Virus record (IMG/VR): IMGVR_UViG_3300045988_062793
Length of the DNA stretch: 64,000 bases
Origin: a virus
Strand: one strand, 5' to 3'
In this document: in pieces, positions 8,404 to 16,635 of the stretch
Layout of the letters: every line of letters begins with the position of its first letter
How positions within the stretch are numbered: position 1 is the first letter of the stretch
Notes under the pieces: model-generated
Databases searched by the model: none
Told to the model about the DNA's origin: nothing
The model's input: the letters and a program-made list of their open reading frames with translations, nothing else
Position numbers and translations under genes: made by a program

Positions 8404-8832
8404 ATGGACAGAAAATTAAGAAGAGAGCTTTCTAAAAGAAAGTGGATTTCTAGAGCTAAAAAAGTTTATAACTCTTGCGGGAAGTTCTATATCCCGGTAA
8501 ACGGAATTAAAGCCAGTGTTCAGTATAATGTTCCTATTTTCAGAAATAGAGCACTGAGAATTTGTGAATCAATTACGGATTTTCTTAATGATTCCAAGTA
8601 TGCCAAAATGCTTAAGAATTGCACTTCTCCCTACAGAAGTAAGATGATGCAGTACGAATATAAGAAAGAGAATAGAAAAGATAGATATAAGGCTAAGAAA
8701 GATATCCAGGAAGGTATTCAGGAATATGAGTCCAGGGACAATCTTTCATGCTCATCATGTATATTCTATGATGGAGGTCTATGCGAGAAAGGATTATTAA
8801 CGACAGATGATTGTCCAGAATATTGGGATTAA
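8404..8832 (+). CDS. Hypothetical Cys-containing protein (142 aa)
   Basis: ORF track 8173..8832 trimmed to the first ATG downstream of the tRNA. Confidence 0.45.
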   Translation: MDRKLRRELSKRKWISRAKKVYNSCGKFYIPVNGIKASVQYNVPIFRNRALRICESITDFLNDSKYAKMLKNCTSPYRSKMMQYEYKKENRKDRYKAKKDIQEGIQEYESRDNLSCSSCIFYDGGLCEKGLLTTDDCPEYWD

Positions 8833-8834
8833 TT

Positions 8835-9194
8835 ATGGATAAATATATTAATGGAAATCTAATAAAGAGGATACTAGTTTTTAAAACTAGAAAACATCCA
8901 GAATGGAAGCATAGAATAGCAGATACTAAATTCTTATTCTGGAAAAAACATATTGACTATTGGTATCTTCTAGACCCATGCTTTGGGACTTACTCTGAGA
9001 AAGGGATGCTCGAATCAATTAGTAAGAGAACGTCCTTCTACAAGGATGGAATAGTATACCAGAAGCCGCATATTATTCTAGAGTTCTCTGAGAGACATGA
9101 TGAGTCTATCTATTTTGATAGTGATGAGGAAATGGAAGGCTGGCTTGAGTCTTTCAGGCAAGAATTTGGAAAACCATTTATGTATATAGAATAA
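8835..9194 (+). CDS. Hypothetical protein (about 119 aa)
   Basis: ORF track 8811..9194, first ATG at 8835. Confidence 0.45.
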   Translation: MDKYINGNLIKRILVFKTRKHPEWKHRIADTKFLFWKKHIDYWYLLDPCFGTYSEKGMLESISKRTSFYKDGIVYQKPHIILEFSERHDESIYFDSDEEMEGWLESFRQEFGKPFMYIE

Positions 9195-9315
9195 TACCTT
9201 TATCCCAGTTTAGAGCTTAGCTCAAGTAGTGAAGAACAGTAGCTATTGGTTAAAACGAGGTGGAGTGCCAGACGAAAGACTGGAATTAACATAGTTTAAC
9301 TTTGAATCTCCGACT

Positions 9316-9657
9316 ATGCGGAGTATCATTATGGCAGAATTGATTTTCTTACCTAATGGAAAATGCGATTTGAAATTTCATGCTAACATCAAAAACTTTA
9401 AAAGAGTTGAGATTGTGAAGCATAAGAAGAACTTCTTCAGGGTCTATGTAGACCGCAACGATAGCGTTTATGACGTGAAACGGTGCGAAGTCATCACTTG
9501 GAAGACCATAGAGAGAGGGAAAAGAAAGGTGAATGTTCCTGACAAGGTTGACGAGGTACGTGATGTACATCTGTTTGACAAGACTAAGGGAAATCCGTTC
9601 AAGATTGCGGTTACTAAAATAATCGGCGAGATTGAGGCACAGGAATTACTATCTTAA
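9316..9657 (+). CDS. Hypothetical protein (113 aa)
   Basis: ORF track. Confidence 0.45.
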   Translation: MRSIIMAELIFLPNGKCDLKFHANIKNFKRVEIVKHKKNFFRVYVDRNDSVYDVKRCEVITWKTIERGKRKVNVPDKVDEVRDVHLFDKTKGNPFKIAVTKIIGEIEAQELLS

Positions 9658-9667
9658 GATAGCGTTT

Positions 9668-9690
9668 AGGAGAGTATCGTATAACTCTCC
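9668..9690 (+). terminator. Hairpin ggagagt (atcgtata) actctcc followed by ttat; terminator-like
   Basis: 7-bp perfect inverted repeat 10 nt after the stop codon. Confidence 0.4.
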
Positions 9691-9694
9691 TTAT

Positions 9695-9769
9695 GCAGAT
9701 GTGGTGTTAATGGTTTGAGCACGTCAGACTTCCAATCTGAAGGGGAGAGTTCGAGTCTCTCTATCTGCA
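9695..9769 (+). tRNA. tRNA-Gly (anticodon TCC)
   Basis: Acceptor gcagatg/atctgc, anticodon stem tcaga/tctga with loop cttccaa, T-arm gagag ttcgagt ctctc. Confidence 0.75.
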
Positions 9770-9774
9770 CATTT

Positions 9775-9846
9775 GTAGGTATAGCACAACGGTTAGTGCA
9801 TCGGCTTGCCATGCCGAGGATGTGAGTTCGATTCTCATTACCTACT
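9775..9846 (+). tRNA. tRNA-Gly (anticodon GCC)
   Basis: Acceptor gtaggta/tacctac, anticodon stem tcggc/gccga with loop ttgccat, T-arm gtgag ttcgatt ctcat. Confidence 0.75.
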
Positions 9847-9861
9847 CAAAATTTAAGTTTT

Positions 9862-10164
9862 ATGAAAATAAAGTGTACAGTATGTAATAAAGAATTTTAT
9901 TATGGAGACCATAACTCTCCAATGTTTATTGATGAGGTTTGGAACAAGATAATAAATTACTTTAAGCTAACCAATTTTGAAAAAGAAGCTGCAAAGAAAT
10001 TCTCCTCTTATTACAAAGGGGGAGGTAAAGATTATTATCCAGACCACCATGTGTTTATCTGTAGCGAATGTGCGGAGAAGGCTCTAGGTAGGGAAATAAC
10101 TGATAAGGATATTAATGATTCATTATTTAATATCCCATTTAGAGAGAAGTACTTTAAATCTTAA
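9862..10164 (+). CDS. Small Cys-containing (zinc-finger-like) hypothetical protein
   Basis: CTVCNKEF...CSEC motifs. Confidence 0.45.
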   Translation: MKIKCTVCNKEFYYGDHNSPMFIDEVWNKIINYFKLTNFEKEAAKKFSSYYKGGGKDYYPDHHVFICSECAEKALGREITDKDINDSLFNIPFREKYFKS

Positions 10165-10165
10165 T

Positions 10166-10250
10166 ATCCGTGTGGGTGAATGGTTTAGCCATCAGTCTGC
10201 AAAACTGAAAAGAGAAATCTTTAATGAGGGTTCGAATCCCTCCACGGATT
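10166..10250 (+). tRNA. Class II tRNA (long variable arm, 3-bp D-stem, Ser-like architecture) carrying a Cys-type anticodon GCA
   Basis: Acceptor atccgtg/cacggat, anticodon stem tcagt/actga with loop ctgcaaa, roughly 18-nt variable arm, T-arm gaggg ttcgaat ccctc; 85 nt in total. Confidence 0.5.
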
Positions 10251-10270
10251 CTAATTTTAAATTTAAAAAT

Positions 10271-10906
10271 ATGGCATATATTTATTGCATTACAAATTTA
10301 ATTAATAGCAAGCGATACGTAGGAAAAACTACTACTTCTATAGAAGAGCGCTGGAAGGAACATTGTTATGACTTTTAGAAAGAAAGATGCAACAAAAGAC
10401 CTTTATATGATGCCATGAATAAGTATGGTGTTGAGAACTTTATGATAGAGGAATTGGAATATGTAGATAGTAACTCTGAATTATCTGAAAGAGAAATCTA
10501 TTGGATAAAAGAGCTAGGAACTTATGGTTCTAATGGGTACAATGCCTCTAAAGGAGGAGATGGCACTATTCTATACAATCATAGTGAAATTGTAGAATTA
10601 GCTAGATTGGGATATACTAGTTCTTAGATACAAGAAAAAATAGGGTGCTGTAAAGACACTATTTACAAAGTTTTGAAGGCAAATAATATAAAAATTAGAA
10701 AAAGTAACGCAAAGTTAATTGCTTAGTATGACTTAGCAGGTAATTTTATACAGGTATTCTTTGGTTCCAGAGAAGCTTAGGAATGGTTAATTAATAACGG
10801 AATTACTGACAATAAATCTGCATAGAGTCATATTATAGGATGCTGTAAGAATAAAACCAAATCATAGTATGGCTATATTTGGAAATATCTTCCAGAGCCT
10901 ATTTAA
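10271..10906 (+). CDS. GIY-YIG homing endonuclease gene (N-terminal GIY-YIG domain, C-terminal HTH / GxIWKY-type DNA-binding region); single frame interrupted by 6 in-frame TAG codons and ending in TAA
   Basis: MAYIYCITNLINSKRYVGKT...RWKEH and ...RPLYDAMNKYGVENF...YWIKELGT...GYN...GG are GIY-YIG signatures; C-terminal ELARLGYTSS[TAG]IQEKIGCCKDTIYKVLK is a classic HTH. TAGs sit at 10376, 10625, 10724, 10778, 10823 and 10865; no TAA or TGA in frame until 10904. The ORF track splits it into 10115..10378 and 10415..10627. Confidence 0.7.
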
Positions 10907-11052
10907 TCTTTAAATCACTGTTTCGACATTTTCAGTCTAAATGCCGTGTCTGGAGACGTTACCAACCAGTCGTGCTATACGGTTAGAATAGTCCGTGCCT
11001 CACTGGTGATAGAGGCATCCCTGGGTAGCGGATGTAAAGTAGCTGCCAATAT

Positions 11053-11130
11053 CGTGGAGTAGAGAAGTGGTCATCTCGCTAGGCTCATAACCTAGAAATC
11101 GTCATAAACGGTTCGAATCCTACCTCCGCA
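11053..11130 (+). tRNA. tRNA-like element with CAT anticodon arm (Met/Ile-type) but non-canonical T-arm and acceptor; possible pseudo-tRNA
   Basis: Good 5' acceptor strand cgtggag, TA, D-arm gaga agtggtca tctc, anticodon arm ctagg ctcataa cctag; the downstream ttcgaat T-loop is out of register and the 3' strand ctccgca does not pair with the 5' strand. Confidence 0.3.
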
Positions 11131-11375
11131 ACGAAACTCCTTTTGTGGCTCTGAATTAGATTAATTATTAACAATTTTAAACTTTGATGTTATGAAGAAA
11201 GTAATTAATGTTGTGAAGAAAGCTGCTAAGTGGTATTTTGAACAGAGTTCTAAGAGCTATACATGGTTAGTTTCTGGAACTATTCCGCCTCCTTATAGAG
11301 GTCTAGAGTAAAGATACTACTAAAAGGTAAGTACCAAAGGGGTACTTATCTACACCCGTGGAGAAAATTAACTAT

Positions 11376-11447
11376 TGGGGTATAGTTCAAAGGTCAGAAC
11401 TTTTGACTGTTAATCAAAGAATCATGGTTCGAGTCCATGTGCCCCAG
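11376..11447 (+). tRNA. tRNA-Asn (anticodon GTT)
   Basis: Acceptor tggggta/tgcccca, D-arm gttc aaaggtca gaac, anticodon stem tttga/tcaaa with loop ctgttaa, T-arm catgg ttcgagt ccatg. Confidence 0.8.
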
Positions 11448-11977
11448 CTATTGACCTTATATTAGATTATGCATCAGTGTGATTATTGTTGTTGGTACTA
11501 CAGTGGAAATTGTGATTGTCCATATGTAATGAAGAAACAAGCGTGTGAAAATGCTTTGAAAACTAAAGAGAGAAATGAAAGACCTATTAGAAAAGTACAA
11601 AATGTTTCAAACTCCAAAACTAGCTAATGAGATTTCATGGAAAGACATGAAGGAATTTAACTCTTATATGAAAGAAGTAGTTCGTGATTATAAGATTAAA
11701 CAGGCTAAATCAATTTAGAGTGCTAGAAACGTAATAATATCCTGACCTGGCAAGGTAAAAATCCATTCGGGGTTTAAGTTGAAGCCAGTCCCTGCGGAAT
11801 CATAAAGACCTTTTCTGATACGATAGTCGATGAACTGAGAGAGTAGTATGGTTGCGGACTTATGCTACTAGAACATGATTCAAACAAAAAAAAACTTATC
11901 TGGTGTTGTTAAGTTGTGGAATCTTAACAGTGGAAATTTATGGGTATGTCACCAATTAAAAAGAAAATCCCAAAAAT

Positions 11978-12050
11978 GGGCCGTTAGCTCAAATGGCTAG
12001 AGCGCTGGTTTTGCACACCGGAAGATAGGGTTCGAGTCCCTGCGTGTCCA
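11978..12050 (+). tRNA. tRNA-Ala (anticodon TGC) candidate with poorly paired acceptor stem (possibly nonfunctional)
   Basis: Canonical D-arm gctc aaatggcta gagc, anticodon stem ctggt/accgg with loop tttgcac, T-arm taggg ttcgagt ccctg; acceptor strands gggccgt and cgtgtcc pair at only 4 of 7 positions. Confidence 0.45.
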
Positions 12051-12258
12051 CAAACTTTATTTAAAAAATTATGAAAGTATATGTAGTTGTAGTAAATTAT
12101 CACCAGCTAATGCTCCTCAAAATTATGAAACTGATTGCCAAATCTTCTTAGACAAGAAACAGGCAGAGAAGTATAAAGAGGCTAAGGAAAAAGAGTTTCC
12201 TATTAGATGGGGAGGAGAGTATAATCATTGTAAACTAATTAAAAAGCATTTGTAATAT

Positions 12259-12331
12259 CGCGGGATGATAGCAGAGGTAGCTAGTCAGGCTCATAACCTG
12301 AAGGTCGTCGGTTCGAATCCGACTCCCGCTA
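12259..12331 (+). tRNA. tRNA-Met (anticodon CAT); position 1-72 mismatch and an extra nucleotide before the D-stem
   Basis: Anticodon stem tcagg/cctga with loop ctcataa, D-arm tagc agaggta gcta, T-arm gtcgg ttcgaat ccgac, acceptor cgcggga/tcccgct. Confidence 0.6.
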
Positions 12332-12362
12332 CTAAGTTATTTTTAACAATTAAAATTAGATT

Positions 12363-12788
12363 ATGGATTTCAAGAATCTTACAAAGGAATCTCTTCCGAA
12401 AGAATTTCAGGAGAGAATTGAGCGTTTCAATCGTTTATTCATTGAAGCTGGTGATGGTACATTTGAAGAAAATGACCTATTTGGTTATGAAATGGGTTGT
12501 ATAAAGCAAGCCTTATCGTTTACCGAGTTTTTCAAAGAAATGAGTCTAGAGGAATGTAAAGCCTTCTATGAGAAATATCCTAGCTTATTTGAGCTGATTG
12601 AGGCTATCAAAGACAAACTTCCGTACTTTGATAATGGTCATAGTGGAAACTCTATGAGCATGAGTTGGATGCTATACAGGTGTTATAAGGAGAAACCCGA
12701 ACTTGTTCCTTATATGCACGGTTGTTTAGCCCAACTTGTTGGGGACGAGGGCTATCATGATAACCGTTCTGATGTTCCAAAACTATGA
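12363..12788 (+). CDS. Hypothetical protein (141 aa)
   Basis: ORF track; ATG preceded by aaaattagattatg motif. Confidence 0.5.
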   Translation: MDFKNLTKESLPKEFQERIERFNRLFIEAGDGTFEENDLFGYEMGCIKQALSFTEFFKEMSLEECKAFYEKYPSLFELIEAIKDKLPYFDNGHSGNSMSMSWMLYRCYKEKPELVPYMHGCLAQLVGDEGYHDNRSDVPKL

Positions 12789-13078
12789 GTGTAATACAAC
12801 AAGTTTATTTAGCTGAAGCTGGTTATTCTATTTACATAAAGGGAATTAAACCAGATAAGGATAATGAATGTTCTGGTGAGATTACTATAAATGGTAATCC
12901 CACTAGATTAGAGAGAAAAGAACGCTATCATATTGATGGCAGTATGCTTGTAACTGACAATTACCACATTCCTATGGACTTTATAATTAATTTTCTACAG
13001 GCCAATGGTTGTATAGAACAGAAGGATGGTAAGATGTATGTTGTATTAAAGGAAGTAGAATTTAAGCTTAATAAATAA
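12785..13078 (+). CDS. Hypothetical protein (97 aa)
   Basis: ORF track; start overlaps the upstream stop (ATGA). Confidence 0.45.
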   Translation: MSVIQQVYLAEAGYSIYIKGIKPDKDNECSGEITINGNPTRLERKERYHIDGSMLVTDNYHIPMDFIINFLQANGCIEQKDGKMYVVLKEVEFKLNK

Positions 13079-13656
13079 TGTTGTCAATTCTATACAACGA
13101 ATACAAAGAATGGGGATGCCCAAACTGTGGCTGTGATTCGGCTATTAGTGGTTGTTTCTCTGGTGGAGGAGTTACTACTGGGACTTGCAGGCATTGTAAG
13201 TTAACCTTTGAAATAAGGAGCGACAATGGAATAGGCACAGTGCGATATGGCTCTCATCCAGAAAATCCATCAGACCCTAAATCTGAATACGTAATGGAAT
13301 ATGCTCGCCGGATTCCTCATCCAAGGTCTGGTATTCCAGCCTGGCATTGGGAACCAAAGGATGTTCGTCCAGATGAAGGAGAGTATTGGAGTTCGAGAGG
13401 AGTTGGATATGATTTATCTGGATTCGTAAAAACTAAAGCTGCTGGTGAACGTATATTAGCTATGGTGCATGAGGTTTTGGGAACTGATAAGTGTGAGACT
13501 TATTTAGACTATAGACCTAGTGAACCAACTTGGATTCAATTTAAGTTCCAGTCTAGCGAGTTTGACTTAGAAAAGTTGGATAAGCTATCTAGAGAAGCTG
13601 ATAGAGTAGTTACTAAGGAAATATTAAAACAGTGTTTACATGGCAAAAGTAATTAA
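13078..13656 (+). CDS. Hypothetical protein with N-terminal Cys-rich zinc-ribbon-like motif (192 aa)
   Basis: CPNCGCDS...CRHC motifs. Confidence 0.5.
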   Translation: MLSILYNEYKEWGCPNCGCDSAISGCFSGGGVTTGTCRHCKLTFEIRSDNGIGTVRYGSHPENPSDPKSEYVMEYARRIPHPRSGIPAWHWEPKDVRPDEGEYWSSRGVGYDLSGFVKTKAAGERILAMVHEVLGTDKCETYLDYRPSEPTWIQFKFQSSEFDLEKLDKLSREADRVVTKEILKQCLHGKSN

Positions 13657-13897
13657 TAAGACAATCACAACACATCTTACAAATATGAAAGATGGAGATG
13701 TAGCTGAGATTGTAAATTGGTTCTGTGACGAGGAAATGGAGCCTGGAACTATAGTTCAGAGGTACGGAGATGCTTTAATTATCATTGGTGGGCGTAGCGG
13801 TCTATGCTATCCTAAGCTGTTTACTGTTGAGGATACGCGTCGTTTGCTTACTTGTAAGGTCACAATTTTGCCTCCTGGCTCAACTATAATGCTATAA
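13640..13897 (+). CDS. Hypothetical protein (85 aa)
   Basis: ORF track. Confidence 0.45.
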   Translation: MAKVINKTITTHLTNMKDGDVAEIVNWFCDEEMEPGTIVQRYGDALIIIGGRSGLCYPKLFTVEDTRRLLTCKVTILPPGSTIML

Positions 13898-14331
13898 TTT
13901 CTTTTCTCCAGTTTTCTAATCAGAGATAAACTGGAACATGGGCCTACTTGGATTTGACAGGCGATTACGAATTATAAGGACGTGTAGAGCGCAATCTCTT
14001 TAAACGAAGAAAACAAATAACTGCAGAAATTGCACCTGTAAGAATGGCAGCCTAAGCTGCTGACTTATTAATAGACAATATTAATCAAGTCGGGTTAATG
14101 GGGAGACCTAGAAACAGAAGAGGTTTGTATCTAAGTGTTATAACGAGACCTTCGGGGAAGAATCATAGTACCTACAGGTTACAGTGAAGCTTAGATGCAT
14201 TAACTTGAAAGCCAAAGGTTAGTAGAGCTGAAATCTCCACTGCCTATCTATGGGCTACAAATAGACGTTCTCCAACGTAAATGGGGTGGTGGAAGAATGA
14301 CTTCTAGTCAGCCCCCAGTCTCGGCATTTAT
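13898..14331 (+). ncRNA. About 430-nt noncoding, relatively GC-rich, probably structured RNA region of unknown class, directly upstream of tRNA-Thr
   Basis: No ORF over 30 codons in any + frame even allowing TAG read-through; local GC content above its surroundings; several stable hairpins including a cc(ttcg)gg UUCG-type tetraloop. Confidence 0.3.
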
Positions 14332-14404
14332 TCCCCTGTAGTTTAGTTGGTTAGAACACGTGATTTGTAATCTCGAGACCTCGGTTCGAATCCGAGTGGG
14401 GGAT
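14332..14404 (+). tRNA. tRNA-Thr (anticodon TGT)
   Basis: Acceptor tcccctg/tggggga with G-U pairs, D-arm gttt agttggtta gaac, anticodon loop tttgtaa (stem has one T-T mismatch), T-arm ctcgg ttcgaat ccgag. Confidence 0.6.
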
Positions 14405-14431
14405 CTTAACCATTAAATTAGATTAATTTTT

Positions 14432-15106
14432 ATGACTAGATTGGAAAAGTATTTAGTAGCAACTGCTACTGAGATTATCGAAGCGGAAACAACTGTTTCT
14501 CGCTACTTTGTCATTGGAAACGTCAAAGTTAGAGTATCAGACCATTTAAGTAAAATGAGTGATGCAGACTTACAAGTGATTATTCCATTGAACGGAGGGA
14601 CTAAGTATATAGTTACTGTTAAAGATAGTCCTGGAAAATTTCTTGTGTGGAATGCAACTCAAATAAAAGACTTTATTCCTTCATTGCAGATTATTAAGGG
14701 CTTGAAGGAAGGAGTGCAACTTAAGCCAAAACCTAAAGACTCTGCAGTTCAGAAGATTCAGCTAGCATTAAATAATAGTAATACCGATGGAGGTTCGTTA
14801 ACGTTTGATGGTACTATTATTGAGTCTAGATTGAAAGAAAAGCAACTTACTTCCAAACAGCGGGAAGTTTTCAGGAGAACTAAATCTACTTGGGACATTT
14901 CTCAGATTGGAACATTACCCAGTATGATTAAAGTAGATTTGGGATTGTCAAATGGTTCTGTAAACGAAGATGTGCAGATATTTCTAACTTGTACATCTTT
15001 AACCTACAAAGAAATTCTGAACATTTATAAAATAATAGTTGTTGATAACCGTATGGTTCCAACTATTAAACTGTTGCAAGAAGCTTATAGCTTGATTGTG
15101 CAGTAG
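14432..15106 (+). CDS. Hypothetical protein (224 aa); the only well-supported gene in the window ending in TAG
   Basis: ORF track; stop TAG at 15104-15106, 3 nt before tRNA-Glu. Confidence 0.5.
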   Translation: MTRLEKYLVATATEIIEAETTVSRYFVIGNVKVRVSDHLSKMSDADLQVIIPLNGGTKYIVTVKDSPGKFLVWNATQIKDFIPSLQIIKGLKEGVQLKPKPKDSAVQKIQLALNNSNTDGGSLTFDGTIIESRLKEKQLTSKQREVFRRTKSTWDISQIGTLPSMIKVDLGLSNGSVNEDVQIFLTCTSLTYKEILNIYKIIVVDNRMVPTIKLLQEAYSLIVQ

Positions 15107-15109
15107 GAT

Positions 15110-15181
15110 AGCGCCATCATCTAAGGGTTAGGATTCAGGCTTTTCACGCCTGCCATACGGGTTCGAATCCCGTTGGCGTTA
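15110..15181 (+). tRNA. tRNA-Glu (anticodon TTC)
   Basis: Acceptor agcgcca/tggcgtt, anticodon stem caggc/gcctg with loop ttttcac, T-arm acggg ttcgaat cccgt. Confidence 0.7.
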
Positions 15182-15186
15182 CTATG

Positions 15187-15220
15187 TACCCCAGCAGCGG
15201 AAGTTGTTGGGGTATTTTTT
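15187..15220 (+). terminator. Rho-independent terminator (10-bp stem taccccagca/tgttggggta plus T6)
   Basis: Strong hairpin followed by tttttt, right after the tRNA-Glu gene. Confidence 0.65.
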
Positions 15221-15238
15221 GTTTAATATAATTAATAA

Positions 15239-15559
15239 TTGATGAGAAAAACATTTGAGTTTGTAAAGGTTGGAGGAGTCTGGTTCTATTGGTGGCCAGA
15301 TTACGACGGAACACCAGAGGAACTAGCAATGGTTGGTGGTGCAGATGAACTTCTTGATTCTCTAGATAATAAGTTTGTTAGATTGCAGATGGTTGACCCA
15401 GCTGCAGCTAAGATAACGTTGTCTAAAATTGAGGAGGATGAATGTGGAGCAACTTACTTATGCAAAAGTAAGAATTACAATGACAGGGTATGGATTTGTG
15501 CTGTAACTCTATCAGTATTCGGGGAATATCCTCAAAATATTTACCTAAAAGATATGTAA
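15239..15559 (+). CDS. Hypothetical protein (106 aa)
   Basis: ORF track. Confidence 0.45.
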   Translation: MMRKTFEFVKVGGVWFYWWPDYDGTPEELAMVGGADELLDSLDNKFVRLQMVDPAAAKITLSKIEEDECGATYLCKSKNYNDRVWICAVTLSVFGEYPQNIYLKDM

Positions 15560-15562
15560 AAA

Positions 15563-16015
15563 ATGAAAACGTTAAATGAGATTTTAGACAATTACAAAGA
15601 CTATGCCGTAGTTCTCGATGACCGTTTCGGTTCTAGATTAGCAAAGTTTTTAACAGAAGAGCAGTTAGAAAAAATAGGCTTCAAGTACGATGGTGATGAA
15701 CCTTATCCCGAACCCAAAGAATGGACTAGAGAGAATATTCTTGTCCAACTTAAAGAAGATGTAGAGTTCGGATTTGAAAAAGCCCTTGACAAGAGAGGTA
15801 TTTCTGCAAGTTTGATGTTCGCTGTGGTTCTTGGATGGAATAGAGTTCTTGAGGAAGGCTTAGAGGATTATCCAGAGGATAACTATGCTATGTATGGATT
15901 GCCATTATTTAAGGCTACTGCGGAAAAGTATGGCTGGGAGAATCCTATCGGAGACGATAGTGGAAGCGAGGACTATTATAACGAAGAGTATGATGAAGGA
16001 TTGTACTGCGATTAA
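15563..16015 (+). CDS. Hypothetical acidic protein (150 aa)
   Basis: ORF track. Confidence 0.45.
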   Translation: MKTLNEILDNYKDYAVVLDDRFGSRLAKFLTEEQLEKIGFKYDGDEPYPEPKEWTRENILVQLKEDVEFGFEKALDKRGISASLMFAVVLGWNRVLEEGLEDYPEDNYAMYGLPLFKATAEKYGWENPIGDDSGSEDYYNEEYDEGLYCD

Positions 16016-16181
16016 AGTCATTGCCGAAGCTCTGGAAGAATATGAAAATAATTTCAACCATAAGATAAGTATCTTAGAAAGCAAGATTATTCTCTATGAA
16101 AAGGAGAGAAAAGCTATTATAAGACATCTTAAGGAAGGGAATATAGAATTATTAAAGAGTTATTTTGGAATTGAAAAATGA
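15996..16181 (+). CDS. Small hypothetical protein (track ORF 15885..16181 trimmed to an internal Met to avoid a 130-nt overlap)
   Basis: Alternate frame overlapping the upstream gene; start is uncertain. Confidence 0.25.
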   Translation, partial: KDCTAIKVIAEALEEYENNFNHKISILESKIILYEKERKAIIRHLKEGNIELLKSYFGIEK

Positions 16182-16338
16182 AGGAATACTACCTGATTAA
16201 GTGCAGAAATAATATCCCATTCATTATAGGTCAGTATGATACCGAAGAAGATGCTAGGAAGGCGAAGAATCGTGAGAATCCTAATTCCGAGCTTATGATA
16301 GTAGTTAATATAGAAAAGGATAAGCCTGAGAAAACATC

Positions 16339-16635
16339 ATGATTACTGAGATTTCATACGATAAGGACTTATTAGGAAAGGAAGTTAGGGGTACAAATAC
16401 TTCCTACTGGGGTATATCAGCTTTACAGGCAGGCCACGATGACATCCGCCAAGATACTTCAAAATATTTATTTAGAGACTGTGTGGTAGATAGTGGACAT
16501 AAAGGGATAATTATAGGGTTCGAAGATAATAACCAATTCTTTGATTACTATTATATAGTCTATGTCCCAGAACTTGATAAAGTTGTTTATCAACTATGTA
16601 ATGATGCAAGATTTATTAATTCTATTGAGATATGA
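16339..16635 (+). CDS. Hypothetical protein (98 aa)
   Basis: ORF track. Confidence 0.4.
   Translation: MITEISYDKDLLGKEVRGTNTSYWGISALQAGHDDIRQDTSKYLFRDCVVDSGHKGIIIGFEDNNQFFDYYYIVYVPELDKVVYQLCNDARFINSIEI

Noticed and set aside
10376-10378. Interpreting the TAG-split GIY-YIG ORFs as two or three independent small genes (10115..10378, 10415..10627)
   Set aside because: The pieces are in the same frame, are separated only by TAG codons, and together form one contiguous GIY-YIG plus HTH architecture, so they are parts of one gene.
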